Assembly: GCA_900755035.1 (NCBI GenBank) | Contig: CAAEEZ010000017.1 | Span: 329,066 to 393,065 of the forward strand | Direction of reading: 5' to 3' | Source of the DNA: Clostridia bacterium | GTDB lineage: Bacteria; Bacillota; Clostridia; Christensenellales; CAAEEZ01 | DNA: 64,000 nt | Part shown: positions 35,685 to 44,769 of the stretch, piece after piece | How positions within the stretch are numbered: the stretch's first letter is position 1 | How the letters are laid out: every line of letters starts with the position of its first letter | Notes under the pieces: generated by a model | What the model was told of the DNA's origin: nothing | What the model saw: the letters and a program-made list of their open reading frames with translations, nothing else | The model's database searches: none | Position numbers and translations under genes: made by a program

Positions 35685-36530
35685 TTATCTTTCAAAAGCA
35701 GGAGAACCGATAAATCCAGGGGTTGTTGCTGCTATTGCGATAACTGCTATCATTAGTCCTACGTTGATAAGCATAAGCACGAATTGTACTGAATTCTTGT
35801 GCGTAAATTCGATAAACTTAGCAAACTTCTCGTTGTAGAATTCTCTTTCAAACCAGCCTTTGCAAGCGATTTGTAGCCATCCACCGATTGCCAAGGTATT
35901 AGCACGAAGTAATAGCCAAATTCCCATTGGGTTTGCTGCATTGCCAAATGCCATAGATACTAGACCACCTAGGATAGGAGCACCTAAGAAACCTATATGC
36001 ATCAAAGATACTGCAGGGCTGAACTCGTCGGTAACGAAAATCCAGTTCCAAATGGTGTAGCCGATAACGTAGCAAATAGTAGCAATTTGGTTAGGACCAC
36101 CAACTAGGTAGTAGCCTGCACCGTCAACCCAACCACCTCTTAGTCCTACAACACCTGCTGCTAGCATAAAGCCAGATATAGCGTTGAAGTACTTTTTGTG
36201 TTTTAATAGGTCGGTGAAAGTAGCCTCTAAAATGTTAATAATTAGCGCAAGTAGAATTAAGTCTACGTAAATTTGCCTCATTTCTACGAAGAAGAAAGCA
36301 AATACGATAACTATACGCATAACTAGTAACGTGGTAAGTTTCAATTTCTCGAAAAATACCGGTTTTGCAAACAATAGAACCAAAATAGAAGGTATAACGA
36401 TGAAAGGAATATTTGCTTCTACCGGATAGTAAGCAGCCATAAATCCTAAGAAAAGTATACAGCAAGTGAACATAAGCCACTTAGCAAAAACTTCCATTTT
36501 AGGTCTTGCTGGGAATTGAGTTTCCAACAT
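35685..36530 (-). CDS. Polytopic (about 9 TM) membrane protein of unknown function, possible transporter
   Basis: An AAAGGAGA RBS precedes the ATG at 36530 (MLETQFPARPKMEVF...). The track frame opens at 36605. No family is recognised with confidence. The gene is divergent from the GntR regulator. Confidence 0.6.
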   Translation of the reverse strand: MLETQFPARPKMEVFAKWLMFTCCILFLGFMAAYYPVEANIPFIVIPSILVLLFAKPVFFEKLKLTTLLVMRIVIVFAFFFVEMRQIYVDLILLALIINILEATFTDLLKHKKYFNAISGFMLAAGVVGLRGGWVDGAGYYLVGGPNQIATICYVIGYTIWNWIFVTDEFSPAVSLMHIGFLGAPILGGLVSMAFGNAANPMGIWLLLRANTLAIGGWLQIACKGWFEREFYNEKFAKFIEFTHKNSVQFVLMLINVGLMIAVIAIAATTPGFIGSPAFER

Positions 36531-36720
36531 AATCTTTAATCTCCTTTGGTTAACCATAAACTTTGATAAAATTATAACATATTTTTTACTTAAAATAATA
36601 GACACTTGTTCACATACTACTTAAAAATTTGCAATTTAGACGTCATTTTGTTGATTTTTTACAAAAAAATTATTATAATATTGCTGTGGTCTATGGTTAA
36701 ACCAAAACAAAGGAGAAATT

Positions 36721-37458
36721 ATGAAATTTAAGGAAATAGTAGCGCCTTCTATGAAGGAACTTTTCGTGCAAACAATCGAAAATATGATATTGTCGGGCGA
36801 GCTTAAAATCGGCGACAAACTACCCACCGAGCGTGAACTTGCCGAGCAAATGAAAATTAGTAGGTCGATAGTAAACCTTGGGCTTAACGAGTTAAAACAA
36901 AAGGGATTTGTAGAAATAAACGCTAGAAAAGGCACTATCGTTGGCGACTACGTAAAAAACGGCAGTACCGACATTTTACTTTCTGTTATAAACTACAACG
37001 GCGGTACGCTAGACAAAAAAACCTTTTATTCTTTAATGCATTTTAGAGTAATTAACGAAGGCGAATGCGCATACCTTGCCGCGCTAAACCGTACCGAGCA
37101 CGACATAAAAGAAATAGAAGATATACAGCAACTACTTCACAAAGAAACCGACGTAGAAGAATTTTCTAAACTTATATTTGATTTTCACCACGCAATATTT
37201 TTCGCTACAAAAAATACTATATATTCGTTAGTTCACAATGCTTTTAAGAACGTTGCTATTAAAATGACTGCTATACTATATCGTAACTACCATTTTGACA
37301 ACTCACTTATAATTATAGATAAATTAGTAGATGCTATAAAAGCAAAAGACCCTACGGAAAGCAGGCTACAAATGATAAACCTTGTTCAAGACGGAATAGA
37401 CAACCTAACCCCACTTTACTATTTTGACAACCACGCTAACAATATTCCGTTAAACTAG
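36721..37458 (+). CDS. GntR-family transcriptional regulator, FadR/FCD subfamily
   Basis: The winged HTH is ILSGELKIGDKLPTERELAEQMKISRSIVNLGLNELKQKGFVEI. A helical FCD-like C-terminus follows. The RBS is AAAGGAGA. Confidence 0.85.
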   Translation: MKFKEIVAPSMKELFVQTIENMILSGELKIGDKLPTERELAEQMKISRSIVNLGLNELKQKGFVEINARKGTIVGDYVKNGSTDILLSVINYNGGTLDKKTFYSLMHFRVINEGECAYLAALNRTEHDIKEIEDIQQLLHKETDVEEFSKLIFDFHHAIFFATKNTIYSLVHNAFKNVAIKMTAILYRNYHFDNSLIIIDKLVDAIKAKDPTESRLQMINLVQDGIDNLTPLYYFDNHANNIPLN

Positions 37459-37531
37459 GTAGCCATACTATTTTATAGAAATATACAAACTATTTGCTAA
37501 TCCAACACTTAAACGTAATAAGACAAAATAT

Positions 37532-37559
37532 AAAAAGAAGTCCGAAGACTTCTTTTTTT
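37532..37559. terminator. Bidirectional terminator between the GntR gene and the ATC-hydrolase-like gene
   Basis: Stem aaaaagaagtc / gacttcttttt with loop cgaa. Confidence 0.8.
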
Positions 37560-37570
37560 GTAGTTTTATC

Positions 37571-38110
37571 TTAATAATCCAACGTTTCACTTAAAGTAAT
37601 AGGCGCTGGGTCTGGCTCTACGTCGTCTCTTACGTAACGTAATTGGCAAATATCGTCACCCTTTGCAATTACTTTTTCAAGGTTTAGATGCGCACCAAAT
37701 TGTCTACCGATACCACGGTCACCCATCATAGCCACGTCGCAAAGCCTTGCTATTTCCTCGTCCGAGCAACCAAGTTTTTGCCAGCCCTTTACAAGTGGGC
37801 AATAGTGGAAGTCAAGCGACAACTTGTCTTCCGTGCACTCTACTAACTTCATTTCAAATATTAGTCTTGCGCCAGGGGTAAACAAATTCTTTTTAAGGTT
37901 TCTTAGGTCGTGAGTACCTTCGCTAAGTTTCTTTCCTTGCATACAACCACAAGCAAAGATAGAGCCGTCGCCGAATTCAGCGGGGTCTAAACCTTTCTTT
38001 TTTGCTTCTCTACTTAATAATGCTAGCCATATTGCTCTTTGCTCTAATTGACCTCTAATTTCTTGAATCAATCCAATTTTGATTTTTGGTTCGTTTACTA
38101 TTCTTGACAT
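37571..38110 (-). CDS. L-2-amino-thiazoline-4-carboxylic acid (ATC) hydrolase-family protein
   Basis: The length is 179 aa. The pattern LSLDFHYCPLVKGWQKLGCSDEEIARLCDVAMMGDRGIGRQFG...KGDDICQLRY is recalled from the ATC_hydrolase family. This assignment comes from memory of the motif only. Confidence 0.55.
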   Translation of the reverse strand: MSRIVNEPKIKIGLIQEIRGQLEQRAIWLALLSREAKKKGLDPAEFGDGSIFACGCMQGKKLSEGTHDLRNLKKNLFTPGARLIFEMKLVECTEDKLSLDFHYCPLVKGWQKLGCSDEEIARLCDVAMMGDRGIGRQFGAHLNLEKVIAKGDDICQLRYVRDDVEPDPAPITLSETLDY

Positions 38111-38124
38111 AATCTTTTCTCCTT

Positions 38125-39377
38125 TTATTTTTGTAACATAATATCCAATATTGCTACGTCCGTTTGACGCATTGCATTTCTGCCTATATTTGCTATTCCT
38201 TTTATCGTTTCGTCTATATCTTCACGAATAATGCCGTCGCCCGCCTTAAAGCAAACGTTATCCTTTGCCATATTAAACCCAAGTTTGCAAGCGTCTACGC
38301 ACGAAGATATTTTTGCTGCACACGAGCCTTTTGCTCCGTCGCAAACCAGCCCCGATATATTACCAAGCGTGTTTTTAACGGTCATACATATTTACTCGTA
38401 CGATAAGTCGTTTAGATACGCAATTCCTGCGCCTGCTCCACAACTTGCCGAAACAGCCCCACAAAATGCGGAAAGTTTGCCCATATCCTTTTTGATATAA
38501 ATTGCCACTAGGTTTGCAAGTACCAAAGCACGAATTTTCTTCTCTTCGCTTACTTTTAGTTCGTCTGCAAATACCACTATCGGCATAGTAATCGTAAGCC
38601 CTTGATTGCCGCTACCCGAATTTATCGTAACGGGCATTGAGCAACCGCTCATTCTAGCGTCAGAGCCCGCTGCTGCTAGCGCCCTAGCCTTTATATTTAC
38701 GTCACTACCATAAGTTTTAAGTAAGGTTTTACCGATATGTTGTCCCCAATCACCCGTAAGTCCTTCCTTTGCAATTGCCGTATTATTTTTGACGGCTTGC
38801 CTTATCAGTGGGCGATGTCTTCCATTTTTACTTCGTTTGCAAAATCATACACGTCTTTCATTTTACAGTTGAGTTCGCAAACTTCTTTGATTACAGGTGG
38901 TTTTTCAAATAGCACTTCACCATTTTTTGTAATCTTTACGATATCCGTATGTCCGCCTTTTAATTCGACGACGACGGTATCCTTTCCACTATCCCCTTCT
39001 ACGATAATATGTAAAGGTTCATCGGTTTCCATATGTGAAACGGTGCAAAAATCCGTTTCGAGCAGTGCTTTTGCTCTTTCAAGTTGCTCGCTGGTTAGTT
39101 CTTCTAGTACTTCCAAGCCGAGTTCACTTTTGCCCCCTACTAAGCCTACTACGCACGCTGCGTCTACTCCACGCAAACCATTTGTGTTAGGCACCAAAAC
39201 GCTTTTAACGTTTTTTAAGATGTTGCCACTTACTTTGATTCTTACCCTGTCAATATTAGCGCCCATAACTTCCGCAACTTTAGCCGAGGCTAACGCGATT
39301 GCTATGGGCTCGGTACAGCCAATGGCAGGTATCAACTCTTGATTTAGCCTTGCTACAAAGCAGTCATAAAGTTCCAT
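38125..39377 (-). pseudogene. L-cysteine desulfidase / UPF0597 (YhaM/CyuA-like, serine-dehydratase-alpha-like) gene broken into three frames
   Basis: The blocks are IPAIGCTEPIAIALASAKVAE (N-terminal), ...GSDARMSGCSMPVTINSGSGNQG... (middle) and SGLVCDGAKGSCAAKI (C-terminal). The frameshift is at GCCCAC (38808-38813). The in-frame TAA is at 38392-38394. The RBS is TAAGGAGC. Confidence 0.75.
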
Positions 39378-39463
39378 ATCTATGCTCCTTATATTTATTT
39401 ATATAAGGAATTATATCATATTTATATTCAAGACTTTCATAAAAATTAAATCGCCGTTTTCGA

Positions 39464-39497
39464 CAAAAAAATACCTACCAAAACGGTAGATATTTTT
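39464..39497. terminator. Hairpin terminator after gpmI
   Basis: A7 run, stem atacctacc / ggtagatat (one mismatch), then a T6 run. Confidence 0.6.
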
Positions 39498-39522
39498 TAT
39501 TATTAGCATAGTTTAATTATAA

Positions 39523-41052
39523 CTATTTTATTAGGCTTTCACCCGTCATTTCGCTAGGTTTTTCTTCGCCCATAAGGTCAAGTAAAGTAGGAGCAACGTC
39601 GGCAAGTTTTCCACCCGCTTTTAACTCCTTTACTCTGTCGCTTACAACGATAAACGGTACGGGATTAGTGGTGTGAGCAGTAAACGGCTCTACCATATCG
39701 TCCTCTAACATTTTATCTGCGTTGCCGTGGTCGGCAGTGATTATTACTTCGCCACCAACGGACTTAATCGTTTCCACTACTTGTTTAACGCACTCGTCAA
39801 CTGCCTTAACTGCTTTTACTGCTGCGTCAAGTACACCCGTATGACCAACCATATCGCAGTTTGCAAAGTTTAGTATCATTACGTCATACTTACCCGATTT
39901 AATAGCCTCCACAGCCTTTTCAGCCACTTCGTATGCGCTCATTTCAGGTTTTAGGTCGTAAGTCAAAACCTTTGGAGATGGAACTAATATTCTGTCCTCG
40001 TTCTTATTAGGGGTTTCTACGCCACCGTTAAAGAAGAAGGTAACGTGAGCGTATTTCTCGGTTTCGGCAATTCTTAGTTGGTTTTTGCCTCTTTTTGCAA
40101 GATATTCGCCCAAAGTATTACTTAAAGAAGTAGGCGGATATGCAATGGTTAGATTATTAAACGTAGCGTCGTAGCGAGTCATAGATACGTAGGTAAGACC
40201 TAGATATCCCGTCTTTCTTTCAAAGCCGTCAAACTCCTCTACCGTGAACGCCCTAGTTAATTCTCTTGCCCTATCAGGACGGAAGTTAAAGAAGATAACG
40301 CTGTCGCCCTTATCAACGGTCGCAACAGGTTTTCCTCCGTCAACAACAACGATAGGCTCTACAAACTCGTCGGTAACGCCTGCATTATAACTTTCTTCAA
40401 CAGCCTTTACAGGACAAGTTGCAAGTTTGCCTTCGCCAAGGGTAAGCATATCGTACGCTCTTAGCACTCTTTCCCAACGATTATCCCTGTCCATAGCGTA
40501 AAATCTACCGCATACGCTAGCAATTTTGCCGTGACCTAATTCCTTGGTATAATCGTAAAGTTGTTTTACAAAATCTTTTCCGCTGGTTGGAGGAACGTCT
40601 CTTCCGTCAAGGAAGCAGTGAACGTAAGCCTCTACGCCTTGCTCTTTGCAAAGTTTGATAAGTGCAAACAAATGCTCGATATGGCTGTGTACTCCACCGT
40701 CGGAAAGTAAGCCCATAAGGTGAACTTTTTTGCCGTTTTCTTTTGCATTTTTAATTGCGCCTAAAAACGCACTATTCGTAAAGAAGTCGCCGTCGCCAAT
40801 AGACTTGGTAATTCTAGTTAATTCTTGATATACTATTCTACCAGCGCCGATATTCAAGTGCCCAACTTCGCTATTACCCATTTGTCCGTCAGGAAGCCCA
40901 ACGTCAAGTCCGCTTGCGCCTATCTCGGTAACGGGATAATTTTTTATAAGCGATTTAATATAAGGCGTACCTGCAATAGATATTGCGTTACGACTACTTT
41001 CTTTGTCAATTCCAAATCCGTCTAGGATTATAAGACCGTAAAATTTAGACAT
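39523..41052 (-). CDS. gpmI: 2,3-bisphosphoglycerate-independent phosphoglycerate mutase
   Basis: LIILDGFG..., GQMGNSEVGHLNIGAGR and TADHGN match GpmI. The length is 509 aa. Confidence 0.93.
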   Translation of the reverse strand: MSKFYGLIILDGFGIDKESSRNAISIAGTPYIKSLIKNYPVTEIGASGLDVGLPDGQMGNSEVGHLNIGAGRIVYQELTRITKSIGDGDFFTNSAFLGAIKNAKENGKKVHLMGLLSDGGVHSHIEHLFALIKLCKEQGVEAYVHCFLDGRDVPPTSGKDFVKQLYDYTKELGHGKIASVCGRFYAMDRDNRWERVLRAYDMLTLGEGKLATCPVKAVEESYNAGVTDEFVEPIVVVDGGKPVATVDKGDSVIFFNFRPDRARELTRAFTVEEFDGFERKTGYLGLTYVSMTRYDATFNNLTIAYPPTSLSNTLGEYLAKRGKNQLRIAETEKYAHVTFFFNGGVETPNKNEDRILVPSPKVLTYDLKPEMSAYEVAEKAVEAIKSGKYDVMILNFANCDMVGHTGVLDAAVKAVKAVDECVKQVVETIKSVGGEVIITADHGNADKMLEDDMVEPFTAHTTNPVPFIVVSDRVKELKAGGKLADVAPTLLDLMGEEKPSEMTGESLIK

Positions 41053-41062
41053 ATTTCTCCTA

Positions 41063-41812
41063 TTAGTATTTAACTACTTGGGTAAATTTAGCAGCGTCAA
41101 GAGATGCACCGCCGATTAGTCCGCCGTCGATTTCAGGCATAGCCATTAGTTCTTTTACGTTAGAAGGATTCATACTTCCACCGTATTGGATACGAACAAC
41201 GTCCTCAGCGTTTTTATCGCCGTACAATTTAGCCATAGCGTTTCTTATAATTTTGATAGTATCGTTTGCTTGCTCGCTAGTTGCGGTTTTACCCGTACCG
41301 ATAGCCCAAACAGGCTCGTAAGCGATAACGATATTTTTTAATTCGTTCTCGTCGATATCCTTAAATGCCTCTACCGTTTGACGAACTACTACTTCTTCGG
41401 TCTTGTTGCCTTCTCTTTCTTCTAGGGTTTCACCTACGCAAACGATAGGTTTTAATCCTGCTTGGAGAGCGGCTTTCATTCTCATATTAACGGTTTGGTC
41501 GGTTTCGCCAAAGTATTGTCTTCTTTCGCTGTGACCGATAACTACGTACTCAGTGCCAAGTTCTACTAGCATATCTGCGCTGATTTCACCCGTGAAAGCA
41601 CCGCTTTTTGCCCAGTGAACGTTTTCGGCGCCAACTTTAATATTAGTACCTTTGGTTAGCTCTACTGCTTTTGCAATAGAAGTAAATGGTACGCAAATAA
41701 CTACGTCGCACTCAGCGTCCTTTACCATAGGGATAAGCGCCGTAACCAATTTTTCGGTTTCAGCCATATTATTGTTCATTTTCCAGTTTCCTGCAATTAT
41801 AGGTTTTCTCAT
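41063..41812 (-). CDS. tpiA: Triosephosphate isomerase
   Basis: IIAGNWKMN, VIGHSERR, AYEPVWAIGTG and GGASL match TpiA. Confidence 0.93.
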   Translation of the reverse strand: MRKPIIAGNWKMNNNMAETEKLVTALIPMVKDAECDVVICVPFTSIAKAVELTKGTNIKVGAENVHWAKSGAFTGEISADMLVELGTEYVVIGHSERRQYFGETDQTVNMRMKAALQAGLKPIVCVGETLEEREGNKTEEVVVRQTVEAFKDIDENELKNIVIAYEPVWAIGTGKTATSEQANDTIKIIRNAMAKLYGDKNAEDVVRIQYGGSMNPSNVKELMAMPEIDGGLIGGASLDAAKFTQVVKY

Positions 41813-41886
41813 ATTTATACCTCGCTAAAATTTATTGTAAATATTAGTTTAACCAACCTAAATCGGTTGGCTAAACGTTTTAGTTA

Positions 41887-43203
41887 TTATTCTTTGTCGT
41901 TAAGACAAGCAATACCTGGTAGTTCTTTTCCTTCGAATAGTTCAAGAGAAGCACCACCACCGGTAGAAATGTGCGTCATTTTGTCAGCAAAGCCAAGAGT
42001 TGCAACTGCGGCTGCTGAGTCACCACCACCGATAATAGTAGTAGCGTCGGTTTCAGCCATAGCCTCGGCAACGGCAATAGTACCTTTTGCTAACGTTGGA
42101 TTTTCGAATACGCCCATAGGTCCGTTCCAAATAACTGTTTTTGCGTTCTTGATAGCGTCCTTGAATATCTCTCTGGTTTTAGTACCGATATCAAGTCCCA
42201 TCTTGTCGTCAGGAATATTCATAGAATCAACGATTTCAGTCTCGATAGGAGCATCGATAGGGTCTGGGAAGTTAGATGCAACTACGGTATCAACCGGCAA
42301 ATAGATTTTCTTGCCAAGTTTTTCTGCCTTTTGAAGCATGTCCTTGCAGTACTCTACTTTTTCCATATCAACAAGCGAAGTACCAACCTTTCCACCTTTT
42401 GCTACGATAAAGGTATAAGCCATACCACCACCGATAATCAAAGTATCACATTTTTCAAGTAGGTTGTTGATTACGTTTAGTTTGTCTGCAACCTTAGCGC
42501 CACCAAGAATTGCAACGAACGGACGAACAGGATGGTCTAGGCTGTCTGCCATAACGGTAAGTTCTTTTTCAATTAGGAAACCGCAAACGGCAGTTTTAAC
42601 GAAACCGTACTCAACGATAGCAGCGGTAGAAGCGTGCGAACGGTGAGCAGTACCAAATGCGTCGTTTACGTATATATCACAGTAAGAAGCAAGTTTTTTG
42701 CAGAAAGACTCCTCTTTTTTTGTCTCGCCGTTATAGAAACGCAAGTTTTCAAGAAGAACGCACTCGCCTTCTTTAAGAGCGGCAATCTTTTCCTCTGCAT
42801 CTTTGCCAATTACGTCGCTAGCAAAAGTAACTTTGTTGTCTAGTAATTGATTTAGTCTATCAGCAACGGGCTTTAAGGTCAACTTCTTAGCGTCGTTTTT
42901 AAGCGCTTTATCAATATACTCTTTCGTTGCTGCTTCCCTATCGCTTTCAGGTAAAGCCTCCACAGCCTTTTTCTCTTTCTTGTTAAGAACTACTTTCTCG
43001 TCGAAAATATTGTGAGGCTTGCCCATGTGAGAGCAAAGTATAACTTTTGCGCCGTGCTCCATTAAATATTGAATTGTAGGTAGCGCACCATTGATACGGT
43101 TTTCGTCGGTAATTACGCCGTCCTTCATAGGAACGTTAAAATCGCAACGTACCAAACATCTTTTGCCTTTAACGTCAACGTCTCTTACAGTTTTTTTGTT
43201 CAT
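41887..43203 (-). CDS. pgk: Phosphoglycerate kinase (with a ~40-aa insertion after the N-terminal SHMGKP motif)
   Basis: [31 protein letters not shown] and STGGGASLE match Pgk. The length is 438 aa against roughly 395 aa for typical bacterial Pgk. Confidence 0.92.
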   Translation of the reverse strand: MNKKTVRDVDVKGKRCLVRCDFNVPMKDGVITDENRINGALPTIQYLMEHGAKVILCSHMGKPHNIFDEKVVLNKKEKKAVEALPESDREAATKEYIDKALKNDAKKLTLKPVADRLNQLLDNKVTFASDVIGKDAEEKIAALKEGECVLLENLRFYNGETKKEESFCKKLASYCDIYVNDAFGTAHRSHASTAAIVEYGFVKTAVCGFLIEKELTVMADSLDHPVRPFVAILGGAKVADKLNVINNLLEKCDTLIIGGGMAYTFIVAKGGKVGTSLVDMEKVEYCKDMLQKAEKLGKKIYLPVDTVVASNFPDPIDAPIETEIVDSMNIPDDKMGLDIGTKTREIFKDAIKNAKTVIWNGPMGVFENPTLAKGTIAVAEAMAETDATTIIGGGDSAAAVATLGFADKMTHISTGGGASLELFEGKELPGIACLNDKE

Positions 43204-43320
43204 AATATATCTCCTTTATAAATTTCGTTGTTTATGCAAACGTCGATATTTTTCATAACTATATAATTATACTTAAATATTTAAGAAAAATCAATACTTA
43301 TCACTTCACTTATTCGTTTT

Positions 43321-43815
43321 TCAGTCAAAATCGTGAAACTGTGTTAGGTGTCCTATCTCTTCTAGACCCTCAAACCCCGTTTGCCTTAGCGCCTCGTATA
43401 GTACTATCGCTACGCTGTTAGCAAGATTTAGGCTTCGTACTATTTTTAGCATAGGTATCCTAATGCACTTGTCGTAGTTGTCGTGAAGTAAAGTTTCGGG
43501 TAATCCCTTAGTTTCTTTTCCAAAAAATACGTAGTCGTTTTTCTCGTACTTTACGTCGTCGTATCTGTGCTGTCCTTTCGTGGTTGCAAAATAATAGTTG
43601 CCGTCCTTATTCTTCTTAAAAAATTCCTCGATATTTTCGTACACTCTTAGGTCAAGATATTGCCAATAATCTAGCCCTGCTCTTTTTACAGCCTTGTCGC
43701 TGATATCAAAGCCAAGTGGTTTAATTAGGTGCAAGGTCGTATTAGTTACTGCGCACGTCCTTGCTATGTTTCCCGTATTTTGCGGAATTTCCGGTTCTAA
43801 CAAAACGATATTCAT
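43321..43815 (-). CDS. trmL: tRNA (cytidine/uridine-2'-O-)-methyltransferase TrmL (SpoU family)
   Basis: MNIVLLEPEIPQNTGNIARTCAVTNTTLHLIKPLGF...SLNLANSVAIVLYEALRQ matches TrmL. Confidence 0.85.
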   Translation of the reverse strand: MNIVLLEPEIPQNTGNIARTCAVTNTTLHLIKPLGFDISDKAVKRAGLDYWQYLDLRVYENIEEFFKKNKDGNYYFATTKGQHRYDDVKYEKNDYVFFGKETKGLPETLLHDNYDKCIRIPMLKIVRSLNLANSVAIVLYEALRQTGFEGLEEIGHLTQFHDFD

Positions 43816-43818
43816 ATT

Positions 43819-44769
43819 CTATCCCTCTAAATTTATTTCTACGTTAAACTTGTCGTTTACTAGGTCTTTTAACTCGCTGATAGTTTTAACTTCGCATACT
43901 AGCGCTTTTATTTTCTTTGATTCGCTTACCGATTTTGCGTAGTAGCAAATATGTTTTTTCATATCGTTTACCACCACCCTTTCAGGTAAAAATTCCGCTA
44001 AGCAATCTATATGCTCTATTACGTCGCTAGCCAAATTTACTTTGCCACGCATTCCTACTATTTGTCCAAACAGGTACGGCTTTCCTATTGCGCCCCTGCC
44101 TATCATCACTCCGTCGCAACCCGTAAGTTCTTTTATCCTGTCGTAATCGCTCTTGCTCTGTACGTCGCCGTTTGCTATAACGGGAATATTTACAGCCTCT
44201 TTCAAACGTTTTATAGAGTCCCAATCGGCACTACCACTATAATATTGTTCCCTAGTTCTTGCGTGCAAGGTAACTGCATCAGCGCCTGCCTCTTGCATAC
44301 TTAGTCCAAACTTTACGGCAGTATCGTCGTTAAGTCCAAAGCCTTTTCTAAATTTTACGCTAACGGGCTTGTTAGAGCCTTCCTTTACTGCCCGTACTAC
44401 GTCCTTTGCCCTTTCTACGTCGTTAAGTAATGCCGAGCCTTCGCCGTTTTTTACTATTTTTGGCACGGGACAACCCATATTTATATCTATTATATCAAAT
44501 TTTTTTAGCCTTTCGTCCTTTGACGCCTTGTACATATACTCGGGCTCGCTACCAAATATTTGTACGGCTACGGGGTTTTCGTTCTTTGCCGTAGACAGTA
44601 GGTCGTACGTTTTTTTATTTTCGTAGCACATACCCTTTGCGCTTACCATTTCGGTATAGGTAAGCCCAACGCCGTATTTTACGCAAATAGACCTAAACCC
44701 AACGTCGCTATACCCTGCAAGCGGAGCAAGTACCACGTCGCTTCTTAGGGTAATATTACCTATCTTCAT
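43819..44769 (-). CDS. dusB: tRNA-dihydrouridine synthase
   Basis: LAPLAGYSDVGFR, DINMGCPVPK and the TLHARTR block match the family. Confidence 0.85.
   Translation of the reverse strand: MKIGNITLRSDVVLAPLAGYSDVGFRSICVKYGVGLTYTEMVSAKGMCYENKKTYDLLSTAKNENPVAVQIFGSEPEYMYKASKDERLKKFDIIDINMGCPVPKIVKNGEGSALLNDVERAKDVVRAVKEGSNKPVSVKFRKGFGLNDDTAVKFGLSMQEAGADAVTLHARTREQYYSGSADWDSIKRLKEAVNIPVIANGDVQSKSDYDRIKELTGCDGVMIGRGAIGKPYLFGQIVGMRGKVNLASDVIEHIDCLAEFLPERVVVNDMKKHICYYAKSVSESKKIKALVCEVKTISELKDLVNDKFNVEINLEG

Noticed and set aside
38392-38394. In-frame TAA codons (here and at 9609-9611) as evidence for stop-codon reassignment or programmed readthrough.
   Set aside because: TAA is the normal terminator of many well-defined genes in this window, including gdhA, the AraC regulator and the sialidase, with ends at the expected homologous positions. 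Nonsense mutation is the simpler explanation.
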